Assembly (NCBI RefSeq): GCF_963921235.1
Contig: NC_086097.1
Coordinates: 131,504,001-131,568,000 of the forward strand
From: Mobula hypostoma
Lineage: Eukaryota
Direction: 5' to 3'
DNA: 64,000 nt
Shown here: one piece after another, positions 52,205-63,139 of the stretch
Layout of the letters: each line of letters begins with the position of its first letter
How positions within the stretch are numbered: the first letter of the stretch is position 1
Notes under the pieces: model-generated
Seen by the model: the letters and a program-made list of their open reading frames with translations, nothing else
The model's database searches: none
Told to the model about the DNA's origin: nothing
Position numbers and translations under genes: made by a program

Positions 52205-53045
52205 TTCTAGTTTAAACTCTCACAGTAGCCTTAGCAAACCTCCCCGCTAGGATATTCGTTCCCCTGGGATTCAAGTGCAACCCGTCCTTTTTTTACAGGT
52301 CACACCTGCCCCAAAAGAGGTCCCAATGATCCAAAAATCTGAATCCCTGCCCCCTGCTCCAATCCCTCAGCCACACGTTTATCCTCCACCTCATTCTATT
52401 CCTATTCTTACGGTCACGTGGCACAGGCAGTAATCCCGAGATTAATACCTTTGAGGTTCTGCTTCTCAACTTCTTTTCTAACTCCCTGTGGTCTGTTTTC
52501 AGGACCTCTTCCCTTTTCCTAGCTTATGTCATTGGTACCAGTATGTACCACGACCTCTGGCTGTTCTCCCTCCCACTGCAGGATATCTTGGACGCGATCT
52601 GAAACATCCAGACCCTGGCACCTGGGAGGCAAACTACCTTCCAAGTTTCTTTCCTGCATCCACAGAACCGCCTGTCTGATCCCCTGACTATAGTCCCTTA
52701 TCTCTATGGCTGTCCCCCCAACAGTACTCAAACAGGAGTACTTATTGTCAAGGGGTACAGCCACAGGGGTACTCTCTAATACCTGACTCTTCCCATCCCC
52801 CTCCTGACTGTGACCCACTTGTCTGTCTGCCATGGCCCCGGTGTGACCACCTGCATATAACTCCTTTCTATCACCTCCTTGCTCTCCCTGACCAGACGAA
52901 GGTCATCAAGCTGCATCTCCAGTTCCCTAACCCAATCCCTTAGGAGCTCCAGCTCGACACACCTAGTGCAGATATGGCCATCCGGGAGGTTGGGAGGCTC
53001 CAGGACCTCCCACATCTGACACCGAGCACAGAAAACTGGCCTCAC
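52205..53045 (-). pseudogene. CR1 ORF1 (zinc finger, leucine zipper, SGNH esterase-like domain), disrupted
   Basis: ORFs 52776-53045 and 52519-52833; GTND block-III-like motif of SGNH esterases. Confidence 0.8.
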
Positions 53046-53446
53046 ACTCGTACTACTTCATTTCCGCGTCTGTCTGCACTTCTTGCTGCCTCAGTCAAAC
53101 AGCCCACTTAATCAAAGACTGCACCCATGCTGGATATTTTCTCCTCTCCCTCCTCCCATCAAGCAGAAGACCGAAGAAGTTTGAAAGTGCAGGCCATCTG
53201 ACTCAAGGAAAGCTACTACCGTACTGTTAAAACACGTCTATTGTATTGTCTCCTCTACTGCCCCTAGTAGCGTATTCCTCTCACTTTAAATGCATGCCCT
53301 CTGGTATTACATATTTTGACCCTGCAGGAAAGATACCAGCTATTTACTCTGGCAGTGGCTCTCTTCATTACAAACTTCTGTCAAGTCTCCTCTCATCCTC
53401 CACTGCTCCAGAGCAAACAACCCAAGCTTGTCCAACCACTCCTTAT

Positions 53447-53800
53447 AGCAACACACACAAAGTGCTGGAGGAACTCAGCAGGCCGGGCAGCATCTGTGGA
53501 AAAGAGTAAACAGTCAACATTTCCAGCTGAGACCCTTCACCAGGACTGATTTGAACTTTTTCAGGGTAGGCATTCCTGGAAGAGACTTCATGATGTAGTA
53601 CCCCATTCGTGAACAAGAGAAAATCTGCAGATGCTGGAAATCCAATGCACTCACACAAAATGCTGGAGGAACTCAGCAGGCCAGCCTGCATCGATGGAGA
53701 GTACAGTCGAAGTTTCGGGCCGAGACCCTTCGCCAGGACTGGGAAGGAAAGGGGAAGAAGTCAGAATAAGAAGTGGGGGGGGGGTGCGCAGATGGGAGGA
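53447..53800 (-). repeat. Two tandem minus-strand PLE 3'-terminal copies with mutated hammerheads
   Basis: Reverse complements read cagtcCTGGTGAagggtctcagctgGAAATGTTgactg (53511-53548) and cagtcCTGGCGAagggtctcggcccGAAACTTCgactg (53704-53741). Confidence 0.82.
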
Positions 53801-54369
53801 AGACATACACGGCCACATCCAGGCCACATCCTGGTACCCTTCTGCATCCCCTCCAAAACTTCCACACCTTTCCTATAATGTAGCAACCAAATATAATGTG
53901 TTCAAACCCCAGTCTGAATCTAAATGAATTGCAATATTCTTTCTTAGTTCACAGGCTATTTTAAAGTACCTATTTATATATCAGAGTTCCTTCATGCTGT
54001 TCAATACTACCTTCATTTATATTGCAGTAATTATATTTCGAAGCACTTTCAAAATACGGTTCATTCAAAGGCCACTTTAACTGTATCCCTTTTATAAAGA
54101 TAAACTACTTTCTTCATTAATTTCTAAGACAGTCTGTTCAGTTTAGTGCATAATAGTAAAAGTCATTTTCATTTCTGTGTCTAGTTTATAGTCTTCACAC
54201 ACAGAGCAGATGTATGAAGTAGATTAATTGCCCCATTTTCATTTATACAAATAGTAATTTGTTAATTGTTTATCTAAACAGGTTGTTTTAACAGCTCATT
54301 ATTCACTAACTAGTCCAACATCCTTGTCACTGTCATTCCTCAAACTTCTATAAGCTGTCGTGTTTTTGT

Positions 54370-55232
54370 AAAGCTTTAACAAAGAGGTAGCTGAAGTGAT
54401 TGTGGAGGCATCAGTAATGATCTTTCAAGAATCACCAGATCTGGAATGGTTCCTGAGGATGGGAAAATTGTAAATAAAGGTGTAGAGTATTTTCTAATTG
54501 AGGAGAAAATTCAAAAATCAGAGATGCAGAGGGGCTTGGGAGTCCTCACACAGCATTTCCTAAAGGTTAACTTGAAGGCTGAGTTTGTGGTAAGGAAGGC
54601 AAATGCAACGTTGCATTCATATTGAGAGGATTAGAATACAAAAGCAACTATGTAATGCTAAGTCTTTATAAGGCATTAGTCAGACCACACTTGGAGTATT
54701 GTGAGTAGTTTTGGGCCTCTTATCAAGAAAAGGTGTGTTGTCATTGGATAGGGTCCGGGGGAGGTTCATGAGAATTATCCCAGGAATTAAAGTATTAACA
54801 TATGAGGAGTGACTGACAGCACTGGGCCTGTACTCACTGGAGTTCAGAAAAATCAGGGGTGAATCTCATTGCAACCTATCGAATATTGAAAGGTCTGGCT
54901 AAAGTGGATGGGAGAGTATGTTTCCTATAATGGGGGAGTCCAGAACCAGAGGGTTCAGACTCAGAATTGAGGGACATCCATTTAGAACGGAGATGTGGAT
55001 AAATTTCTTTAGCCAGAGGGTGGTGAACCAGTAGAATTCATTGCCACGGACAGCTTGCAGACCAAATCATTGCAGGCAGTGGTTGATAGATCCTGATTAA
55101 TTACGGAGTCAAAGGTTACGGGGAAAAGGCAGCAGAATGGGGTAGAGATGGATAATATATCGGCCATGATGAAATGGCAGAGCACACTTGATGGCCAAAT
55201 GGCCAATTCTGCTCCTATGCTTTATGGTCTAT
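54370..55232 (+). mobile_element. CR1 LINE 3' fragment with internal deletions
   Basis: ctttataaggcattagtcagaccacacttggagtattgt (LYKALVRPHLEYC); ttctttagccagagggtggtgaa; ctgctcctatgctttatggtct tail. Confidence 0.88.
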
Positions 55233-55254
55233 GTGCGATATGATATGTTGCACA

Positions 55255-55530
55255 TTTAGAGATAAAGCACACAATAGGCCCTTCCAACCTTTCAAACCAC
55301 ACTGTTCAGCAACCCCTGATTTAAACCTAGCCTAATCATGGGACAATTTATAGTGAGCAATTAACCTACTAACCAGTATGGCTTTGGACTGTGAGATGAA
55401 ACTGGAGCACCCACACATTCCACGGGGAGGATATAAAGGCTCCTGACAGGGGATGCCGGGATTGAACTCCAAGCTCTGACACCCCGAGTTGTAACAGTGT
55501 CGAGCTAACCACTACACTGCCAAGGCCCAA
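55255..55530 (-). mobile_element. V-SINE-type SINE
   Basis: Minus-strand counterpart of 37812-38105 (gggattgaactcc B box; tttggactgtgagatgaaactggagcaccc V-domain-like). Confidence 0.7.
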
Positions 55531-55836
55531 CTAGTCTTTTTCCTCCTCTGCCTTCTCCCATCCCCACCACCCACAAAGACTATTCCTATTTTCTCTGCTG
55601 GTCCAGATACTTTTTGCCTCAGCCTCCCCCTGTGAGAGTGAGTTCCTCATTCTTACCATTCCCTGTTGATCTTTAATTCTCTGCTGGATCGCTTGGTCAT
55701 TCTATTGTGTTGACAGTCTCTTGTTAGTACCTTACCTCAGAAGTGGAAATATTCTCTCTGCCTACACCCTGCTTCCATCATTTTTAAGAACTCCATGAGT
55801 TTCTCAAGAGAATTCAGACCTACTTTATTCAAATCT

Positions 55837-56060
55837 CAAACACGAGAAATTCTGCAGATGCTGGAAATTCAAGCAACACACATCAAAGTAGCTGGTGAAT
55901 GCAACAGGCCAGGCAGCATCTCTAGGAAGAGGTACAGTCGACGATTCAGGCCGAGACCCTTCGTCAGGACTGGGGTCTCGGCCTGAAACGTCGACTGTAC
56001 CTCTTCCTAGAGATGCTGCCTGGCCTGCTGCGTTCACCAGCAACTTTGATATGTGTTGCC
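55837..56060. repeat. Young head-to-head palindromic PLE-terminus element (87-bp arms, 13-bp spacer on the hammerhead core)
   Basis: Arms 55873-55959 and 55973-56059 differ at 5 positions; flanks tttattcaa-atct / tttattcaacatct. Confidence 0.92.
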
Positions 56061-56139
56061 TGTTTATTCAACATCTACACATTTCTGGAATCATTCTTGT
56101 GCATTTTCATGCTCTTTCTTCAGTACCTCTTTACCTTAG

Positions 56140-57090
56140 GTCACTGTTACAGAAAAGATGTAGTTAAATTGAAAAAAGTGCAGAATGGTTTATGAGGATG
56201 TTGTCAGAATGAGAGGGCTGGAAATAGGGAGAGGCTGGCCAGGCTAGGAGTTCCTTGGAATGTAGGTGAATGGAGTGGGGTGGGTGGGCGACCTTATAGA
56301 ATTTTTTTTAAGTTATGAGAGTGATAGATAAGGTGAATGCTAACAGACTCTTTCCCAGGATAGGAGAATCCAGGACAAGGGTGCATAGGTTTAGGGTAAA
56401 AGGGGAAAGATTTAAAAGCTTCTTGAGGGGCAACTTTTCAATGCAGATGGAAGTGAGTGTATGGAATGAGCTGTCTGAGGAAGTATTTGAGGCATATGTC
56501 CTTGGATAGCACTTCAACAGGTACATGGAGAGGTGGAGTTTAGAGGAATATGGGCCAAAGCAGGTAATTGGGATTAGCTCTAGGCAAAGGTTCAAAGGTT
56601 AATTTTTTATCAAAGTATACAACTCTGAAATTCTTCAGTTCTCCGGGTAGCTATGAAACCAAGAAAAAAGAAGAAAGGTTGTATGATCATCAACCCCCAA
56701 ATTCCTCCTCTTGCACAAAAACTGAGCAAAACGGATCAGATACAATGACCCTCAAATCCTTCCTACCACACAAAAAGATAATGAACAAAACAGATCAGGC
56801 GTATCAACTCCCAAATCCCTCCTCCCAGACAAGAAACAAGCAAAACAGATCAGGCACAGCGACCCCCAAGTCCCTTTTCCCACACAAAAAAAACACAAAC
56901 AGAACTGATCAGGCACATTGACCCCCGCCGCCCCCCCCCCCAAATCCTCCTCCCCGCACAAAAAAAAAGAAGATTGGGCGAAGAAAAAACAGAATTTCAA
57001 AACTATAAGACTGAAAAAGAGAGTCTGTGGTTGACATAGACTGGATGGGCTGAGTGGCCAGTGTCCATGGTGTATTATTTATGGCTCTAT
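56140..57090 (+). mobile_element. CR1 3' fragment, interrupted at about 56585-57030 by a minus-strand LINE tail containing a minisatellite
   Basis: MRVIDKVNANRLFPRIGESRTRVHRFRVKGERFK in ORF 56315-56509; CR1 tail resumes at ggttgacatagactggatgggctga. Confidence 0.75.
56684..56975. repeat. Degenerate minisatellite, about 5 units of 55-62 bp
   Basis: Recurring (aaaca)gatcag...acccccaaatcc..ctccc.cacaaaaa unit. Confidence 0.8.
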
Positions 57091-58584
57091 CTATATATGC
57101 AGTAGTATGGCAACCAGAACTGTTATCCAAGCGTGTTAAATATAGTTTTAGCATGACTTTCCTAATGTTCATTTCTTTCCCTCTAGAAACAAACCATAGT
57201 TCTTGATTTGCTTCCTTTCTGGCCTTGCTAACCTATGGTGTTAACTTGTAGAGTCTGCTATAGATGTATCCTGAGAACCATTTGTTCTCTTCCTAATCTA
57301 CACTCACAACTTTCTAAGTTTTATTTTTCCAATTGAATGAACATCACACTTATCTGTACTGAACTTCTTTTGTCAGTTATTTGCCCATTCTTCAGTGCAG
57401 GGTGATGGGTTTAATATGGAAGGGTGACTATTGGTTGGCATGGACTCGTTGCCCTGGATTTCCAGCATCTGCAGAATCTTTTGTGTTTACTTCTCCTCAT
57501 TTCTGTCTTCTTTGGTCTATCCTGTGCACTGAGATTGTGACCGCTGGTTCATGACATTTTGCCAAGGGAAACTTCCTGCTCTCATCCACCCTGTCACCCT
57601 GTCAAGTCATCAAGAATTTTTATAAGTTTAATGAGATCTCTTCTCATTCATTGAAATGTTAGCTGTTTGTTTTTTTGAGACTGGTATTTTCCTTTGATCT
57701 CAAATGTATTATATTTAATTACTTGAATTTATGTCCCAGCTGCTGTGGTGGGATTTGAACTCATGTCTTACAGTCAATGGCCTAAAATCTTGGCTGCTAA
57801 ACCGGTAACCACACCCCTTTCATGTCTCCATTATAACACTTTGCATTAGAAACTTTGTAATATAATCAACAGCTAATCAAGGAGAAATGTATCTTTGGAT
57901 GGCAGTGCTGAACATATGTGAATATTTTGCCCTGTGGCTGTCTTCACCTCTACATATTTTGTTCTGCTGAAGCCAATGCATTTCCATTTTAACTACTTTT
58001 AAGTATTCTTAATGACGTTAGACAAGATCAATATTAAGCAGAACACAATATAACTGTTATGTTTTAAGAATAATTATAGTCTATGTGTGACTAAATATAA
58101 CTGAGATATAAGGAAAACCTATGAACTATTTAAAAGCACTAATGCTGGTTCACAAGGGAGCAGAAATTACTAAGTTTCTCCTCTTGCTCCACAAGTGCAC
58201 CCGGTCCTCAGGCGAGCCACAAGTTGACCATATGGTGTTTGCTTGAAAATAGGCAGTGTCTCAGCCATCATCAATTCCCTCTCAACCCTTGCAGGACACT
58301 GAAGTAAAGATGTTAGGGAAGACAAGGGGGACTCTCGGCCTGGAGTTAATCAACATCTGTTGAACTTCGTTAACGCAGATCCTGAGATGCACACGCAAGC
58401 CAATGCTGACAGCCATCGCCTCACCTCCCCCAGCAGGCAAACACTCCAATCTACCATTGTCAACAAAGGATTCTCTTCCCCCAATAAAGACGTTTCCATG
58501 TATGTCCATTGATACTGCAATGGTCTGGTAAAGGAAGTGCCCTTTCTATCAGGAGATTTGGGGGTGGCTAGTATCCACTCATGA

Positions 58585-59130
58585 AGTCATAGAAAAGTAC
58601 AGCACAGAAACAGGCCCTTCTGCCCATCAAGTCTGCGCAGAACCATTTAAACTGCCTACTCCATCGACCTGCACTGGGACAGTAGCCCTTCATAACCCTA
58701 CTATCCATGTACCTATCTAAATTTCTCTTGAATGTTGAAACCGAGCTTGCATGCACCACTTGTGTTGGCAGTGCTCGTTCCACGCTCTCACAACCCACTA
58801 AGTGAAGAAGTATCCCCTTGTGTGTCCCTTAAATGTTTCACCTTTCATCCTTAACCCATGACCTCTAGTTGTAGTTCCACCCAATCTCAGTGGAAAAAAG
58901 CCTGCTTGCATTTACCCTATCTATGCCTTGCATAATTTTTGTATACCTCTACCAAATCTCTTCTCAATCATCTACGTTCCAAGGAATAAAGTCCAAACCT
59001 TTTCAATCTTAATCCCTATTCCTGGCAACATCCTTGTAAATTTTCTCTGCACTCTTTCAACCTTATTTACATCTTTCCTGTAGGCAGGTCACCAAAGCTG
59101 CACACAATACTCCAAATTAGGCCTCACTCA
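58585..59130 (-). mobile_element. CR1 LINE 3' fragment
   Basis: gtcatagaaaagtacagcacagaaacaggcccttc tail; TFKRNLDRYMD in ORF 58568-58798. Confidence 0.85.
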
Positions 59131-59559
59131 TACAAAGCCCTGTATTGAAAGCTTCAGTGCTGGTTGTCTAGCCTTTACAGAACCCTGTTCCATCACTTCG
59201 TGCTGAGGCACCTCAAGCTGCACCATTACGTACTCAGATCTTCCTGTTGCATCCCAGAAACCTACGAAACGTCCACGTGGGCGACATTCACCTTATAAGC
59301 AGAAGTAGTGTTTTCTTGTGAAGTACATTTTCAGTTACAACTGCTTTCAGGAAATAGCTGAGCTACATTTATAAAAAGTCATCACAGCATCTTCAAATTG
59401 CAAATGACAAGTGTAGTCCACCTTCTAAAGTGGGAAACATGAAAGCTAATTTGCACAGCAAAGAAGAGGACCATTTATATTTCGGTGTTGGTTAAGGACC
59501 TCCATCAGGACACCCAGGAGAAACCCTTGCCCTTCTTTACCCGAGAAAGAGCAAAGACT

Positions 59560-60262
59560 AAAAATCAAGTTTATTGTTCATATGCTCAAATACATGTATG
59601 CATAGGTGCAATGAAAAACTGACTTGCAGCATCATCACAGATACATAGCATAAGATGAGCAGCATTCACATGGAAAACAAATTCAGCATAAAACATACAG
59701 AATAGTTACAAGGAAGAATGCAATTAGGACAAAAAAAAACAAAGCAATGTAGTCAAGTGATTGTAGTGTTGCTCTACTGAGGTAGTGATTAGGATGGTGC
59801 AGGTTTGGCCAAGAATGGAAAGGCTGAAGAGCAGTAGCTGCTCTTGAACCTGTTGGTGTAGATGTCTGGCTTCAGTACTTTCTGCTCAATGGTAGCTGTG
59901 AGAAGATGTCACGGCCTAGTTGCTTTGGAATCTTTGATGATGTATGTTGCCTTCTTGAGGCAGAGCATCATGTAGATAGTACCAATGGTGGGAAAGGAAA
60001 TGTCCATGATGTATTGGACAGAGTCTATGACTCTCTGCAGCTTGTTACATTCCTGTGCATTTGAACTGCTGAACCAGATCTTGAGGCAACCAGTCAGGAT
60101 ACCTACAATAACACACCTGTGGAAGTTTGTTAACAGCTTCAATGACATTCTGAGCTTCCTGAACCTTCGAAGAGAGAAAAGTTTCTGGCATACTGTGCTT
60201 GTGATTGCATCTATGTGCTGTGCCCGGGATAGGTTACCTGATATGTTAGTGCTCAGGAATAT
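59560..60262 (-). mobile_element. Rex1-type LINE 3' fragment
   Basis: LTNFHRCVIVGILTGC...KLQRVIDSVQYI...CLKKATYIIKD in ORF 59909-60148. Confidence 0.85.
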
Positions 60263-60564
60263 AAAGTATGTCCAACAATGCAGAGTAGACTCAGGCTAGA
60301 TTCTTGGTCTGTGGCAAAGAACGTTTAAATGTGCAACCTGTTGACTTAAAGCTGAGGTTGCTGCCAACTAGGGCAGACATTGACTTTTCTTCTTATTTTG
60401 GGAAACAGCTAATGAATTTTTAATGAATCATATTTGGAAAACAAAGTTGTTCACAGAGTAACTTGCAGCAATGAAACAGCTTTCTGTCTGGCATGATGCT
60501 TCAGCTCTTGTGAAATAGTCTCTCGAGAGTTTGTCTTGTCTGGTATGATAATAGGTGTCAGCTG

Positions 60565-60810
60565 CAGATCTGAGTCAGAAGTTCATGGGTTCAAGCTACA
60601 CTCCAGAAGCGAAATCCATGCAGATTCCTATGCAATACCAAGGGAAATCTGCAGTTTTGGAGGTTCCAGTTTCCAGATCAGATGTTGAACTGAGACCCAA
60701 CTGTGATGTCAAATGTAAATGATCACCTGGCATTATTTTGAAGGAGAGTATAGACCTTCTCTATACTATTCTGGGACCAATAGTTGTTCCTTAGCCAACA
60801 CCTATCATTT
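60565..60810 (+). mobile_element. Old DeuSINE-type (SacSINE1/AmnSINE1-like) SINE
   Basis: tctgagtcagaagttcatgggttcaagc..actccaga; gatgttgaactgagaccc; tggcattattttgaagga; recognised by eye. Confidence 0.55.
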
Positions 60811-60814
60811 TCTC

Positions 60815-60950
60815 ATGAGTCCAGATGAAGAGTCTCAATCTGAAACGTTGACTGTACATTTCCTGCCACAGATGCTACTTGACCTGTTGAATTCCTGCAG
60901 CAGTTTGTTTTTTTTTGCTCCAGCTTCCAGCACCTGCAGTCTCCGTGTCA
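60815..60950 (+). repeat. Solo PLE 3'-terminal copy, older subfamily
   Basis: agtcCAGATGAagagtctcaatctGAAACGTTgactg...cacagatgct... Confidence 0.72.
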
Positions 60951-61872
60951 TCATTTTCTCAATCCTGATTGGACGACTTTGTAATACACACATTGGCTGC
61001 TGCTTTTCCTCAGTTAAAACAGAGACTACACTCCCCTGGTTGTGAAGCTTATTGGCACATCCAGGCATCAAGCAAGACCCACTTTAAAGGCTCTGTTATC
61101 ATTCATTTCCTGTAAGGTCACCAGGTTTGAACATGCACTGGTAGTACACTCATTGATATTTTTGGCTCTGTGGTAAAACACCTTGACTTGATGTTCAGAG
61201 ATTACAATAACCTCATGTAACAGCTTGATCTTTGACACCCATTTCTTTGTCTATGTGCTGTGTGTTCAGGCCTGTACATAATCATGACTGCCTCACAGGT
61301 CAGTCTGCCAGCAATCAGGTTGAGACAGGGCTTCCAGAGACTGAGCATGTCGCCATCCTCTGACTGCAGCAGACTTACCTTTAAGGTAAAACTGATTTCC
61401 ATTAATGACTGTACTAAGTCCTGCAGTCTCCTTCCCATCAGATGGGAGCATACAGGACTTCAGTTTTCTCCCACTCTCCTGCTCAGGATCTGGGAGGTTG
61501 CTTCATATGATTTTAATATACGAAGTAACAATTTTGGGTTAAGAACAATTTTAATGATGTTACTGTTATAACGAAGTTTAAGATAGGAAGCTAGTTTCAG
61601 TGGAGTTGCATCTTCAATAGGGGTATGGGGTATGGTTCATGTAGGAGAATGCAAACTCTGAAGTGTTTTCATTTACTTCGTTATTTAAGCCAACTATCAG
61701 CATACATGCAATGCTCCATGTATGAATAAACAAGTTGTTCAGATTTTCAATCATGGCATTTTAGTTGAAGTACTCTTTCTGATGGGATTTACGTAACAAT
61801 TCCTGACCATGGAGGCTATGCCTATAAAAAATTATGAGCGGTATAGCCTCAAAAATAGTCAAAGAGTAGATG

Positions 61873-61905
<33 letters not shown>

Positions 61906-61918
61906 ACACACACACACA
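61873..61918. repeat. (CT)n(CA)n compound microsatellite
   Basis: Directly visible. Confidence 0.95.
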
Positions 61919-63139
61919 AATACATACAATGTTCTCATCTCTTGTTATGTTATGGAGCACTTGATGATATCATGGTATGATATGCTGGGATAATTAAACA
62001 TTTGGCTAAATTCTAGATTTGTGGGCATAAACTTCCTTCATCATACGATAGTACAGATCAGTTAACATAAATCATTTCTGGTGGATGTAATCATCCATCT
62101 ACAGACTTTGGCCAGGGAACTTTCAAGGCCAGTATGGCTATCCTCCTGGGCCTCCGCTATAACTTCCCAGGTTGCAACATATAGCATTGATAACTGTAGT
62201 AAACTGCTTTCATGTGCAGTCAGAAGGAGGGTCATGGGACATTCACTTATCCCATTATCATTAAGAAGCCAAATGATCTTATTCTTGCTACTGAAGCCTA
62301 GCCCATGAAGGTAACATCCTTCTTTTCCTTTCCAGAAGTGTAGCCGTCTCTTCGTTATCTGAACTGGGCATCTCCTCCCCAGTGTGTCTCAGTCAGGATG
62401 GCGATATCAATGACTCAACATCCCAATTCTCAGGCTATGATCCAGCAGCTCTACTTTATTAGGGTGAATCACCAACAACGTTAAAAAATCTTTGTAGACG
62501 TGTGCTAGAGAGCATTCTGATGGGTTGCATTACAGCCTAGCATGGAGTCTCCAAAGCACAGGATGGCAAGAGGCTGAAGAGGTTTAAAATCGCAGCCATC
62601 TCCATCGTCCAATCCTCCCCACTATCCAGGACATGCCTTTTTGTTACTACCATTGGGGAGGAGACTGAGGAGGCTGAAAACACACTCAATGACTCAGGAA
62701 CAAATTCTTCCCCTCCACCATCTGATTTCTGAATGGACCCACCAACATGATCTTCACATTCTTTTGTTTGCACTATTAACTTATTTTGTAATTTATAGTA
62801 ATTTTATGTTGGTGCACTGTACTTGTAGCACAAAACAACAATGTTCATGTCATGTTAACCAGCGATTGAAAAAAAATTGATTCTGATAATGGAGTGATGT
62901 TCAGATCTGTCCTTATTTAGATTGTCCGTGAAGCGTCTGAAAAAAATTGCCTATAACATTATCTATGAAGATGGGAAGTTGCTTGTCCAAAACGCACTTT
63001 AACATTAAGTAACAATCAGATATCAGGCACCAAATTATAGAACGAGGAACTGGTTAGTGATGAGGAAGTCCAAGACTTTTGAAAGCCAGACTCTGTTGCA
63101 TAGAGCTCAACAAGTAAACCTAAGTGAATGAACACAAAA

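Larger units (their letters stand above)
49196..53066 (-). mobile_element. Near full-length CR1 LINE (ORF1 zinc finger/coiled coil/esterase; ORF2 APE-RT), frameshifted, nested in a Rex1 fragment
   Basis: (tttctatg)n tail at 49196; SQGSVLGPLLF, KFADDTK, DFSKAFDKVPH, GDSDHN, YFNARSVVNK; ORF1 CARCQMWE...HICTRC...VRELEMQLDDLR and VVVHTGTND. Confidence 0.96.

Noticed and set aside
2597..56167. Recurring short ORFs of the RENLQMLEIQATHTKCWRNSAGQAAS and PETSTVPLPRDAAWPAEF type as a gene family
   Set aside because: They are translations of the non-coding PLE terminus in either orientation
56684..56975. CRISPR-like repeat-spacer array
   Set aside because: Whole units are degenerate copies with no unique spacers; vertebrate context and no cas genes
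61812..61850. Hairpin gaggctatgcc...ggtatagcctc as a pre-miRNA or terminator
   Set aside because: The 11-bp stem is too short and isolated
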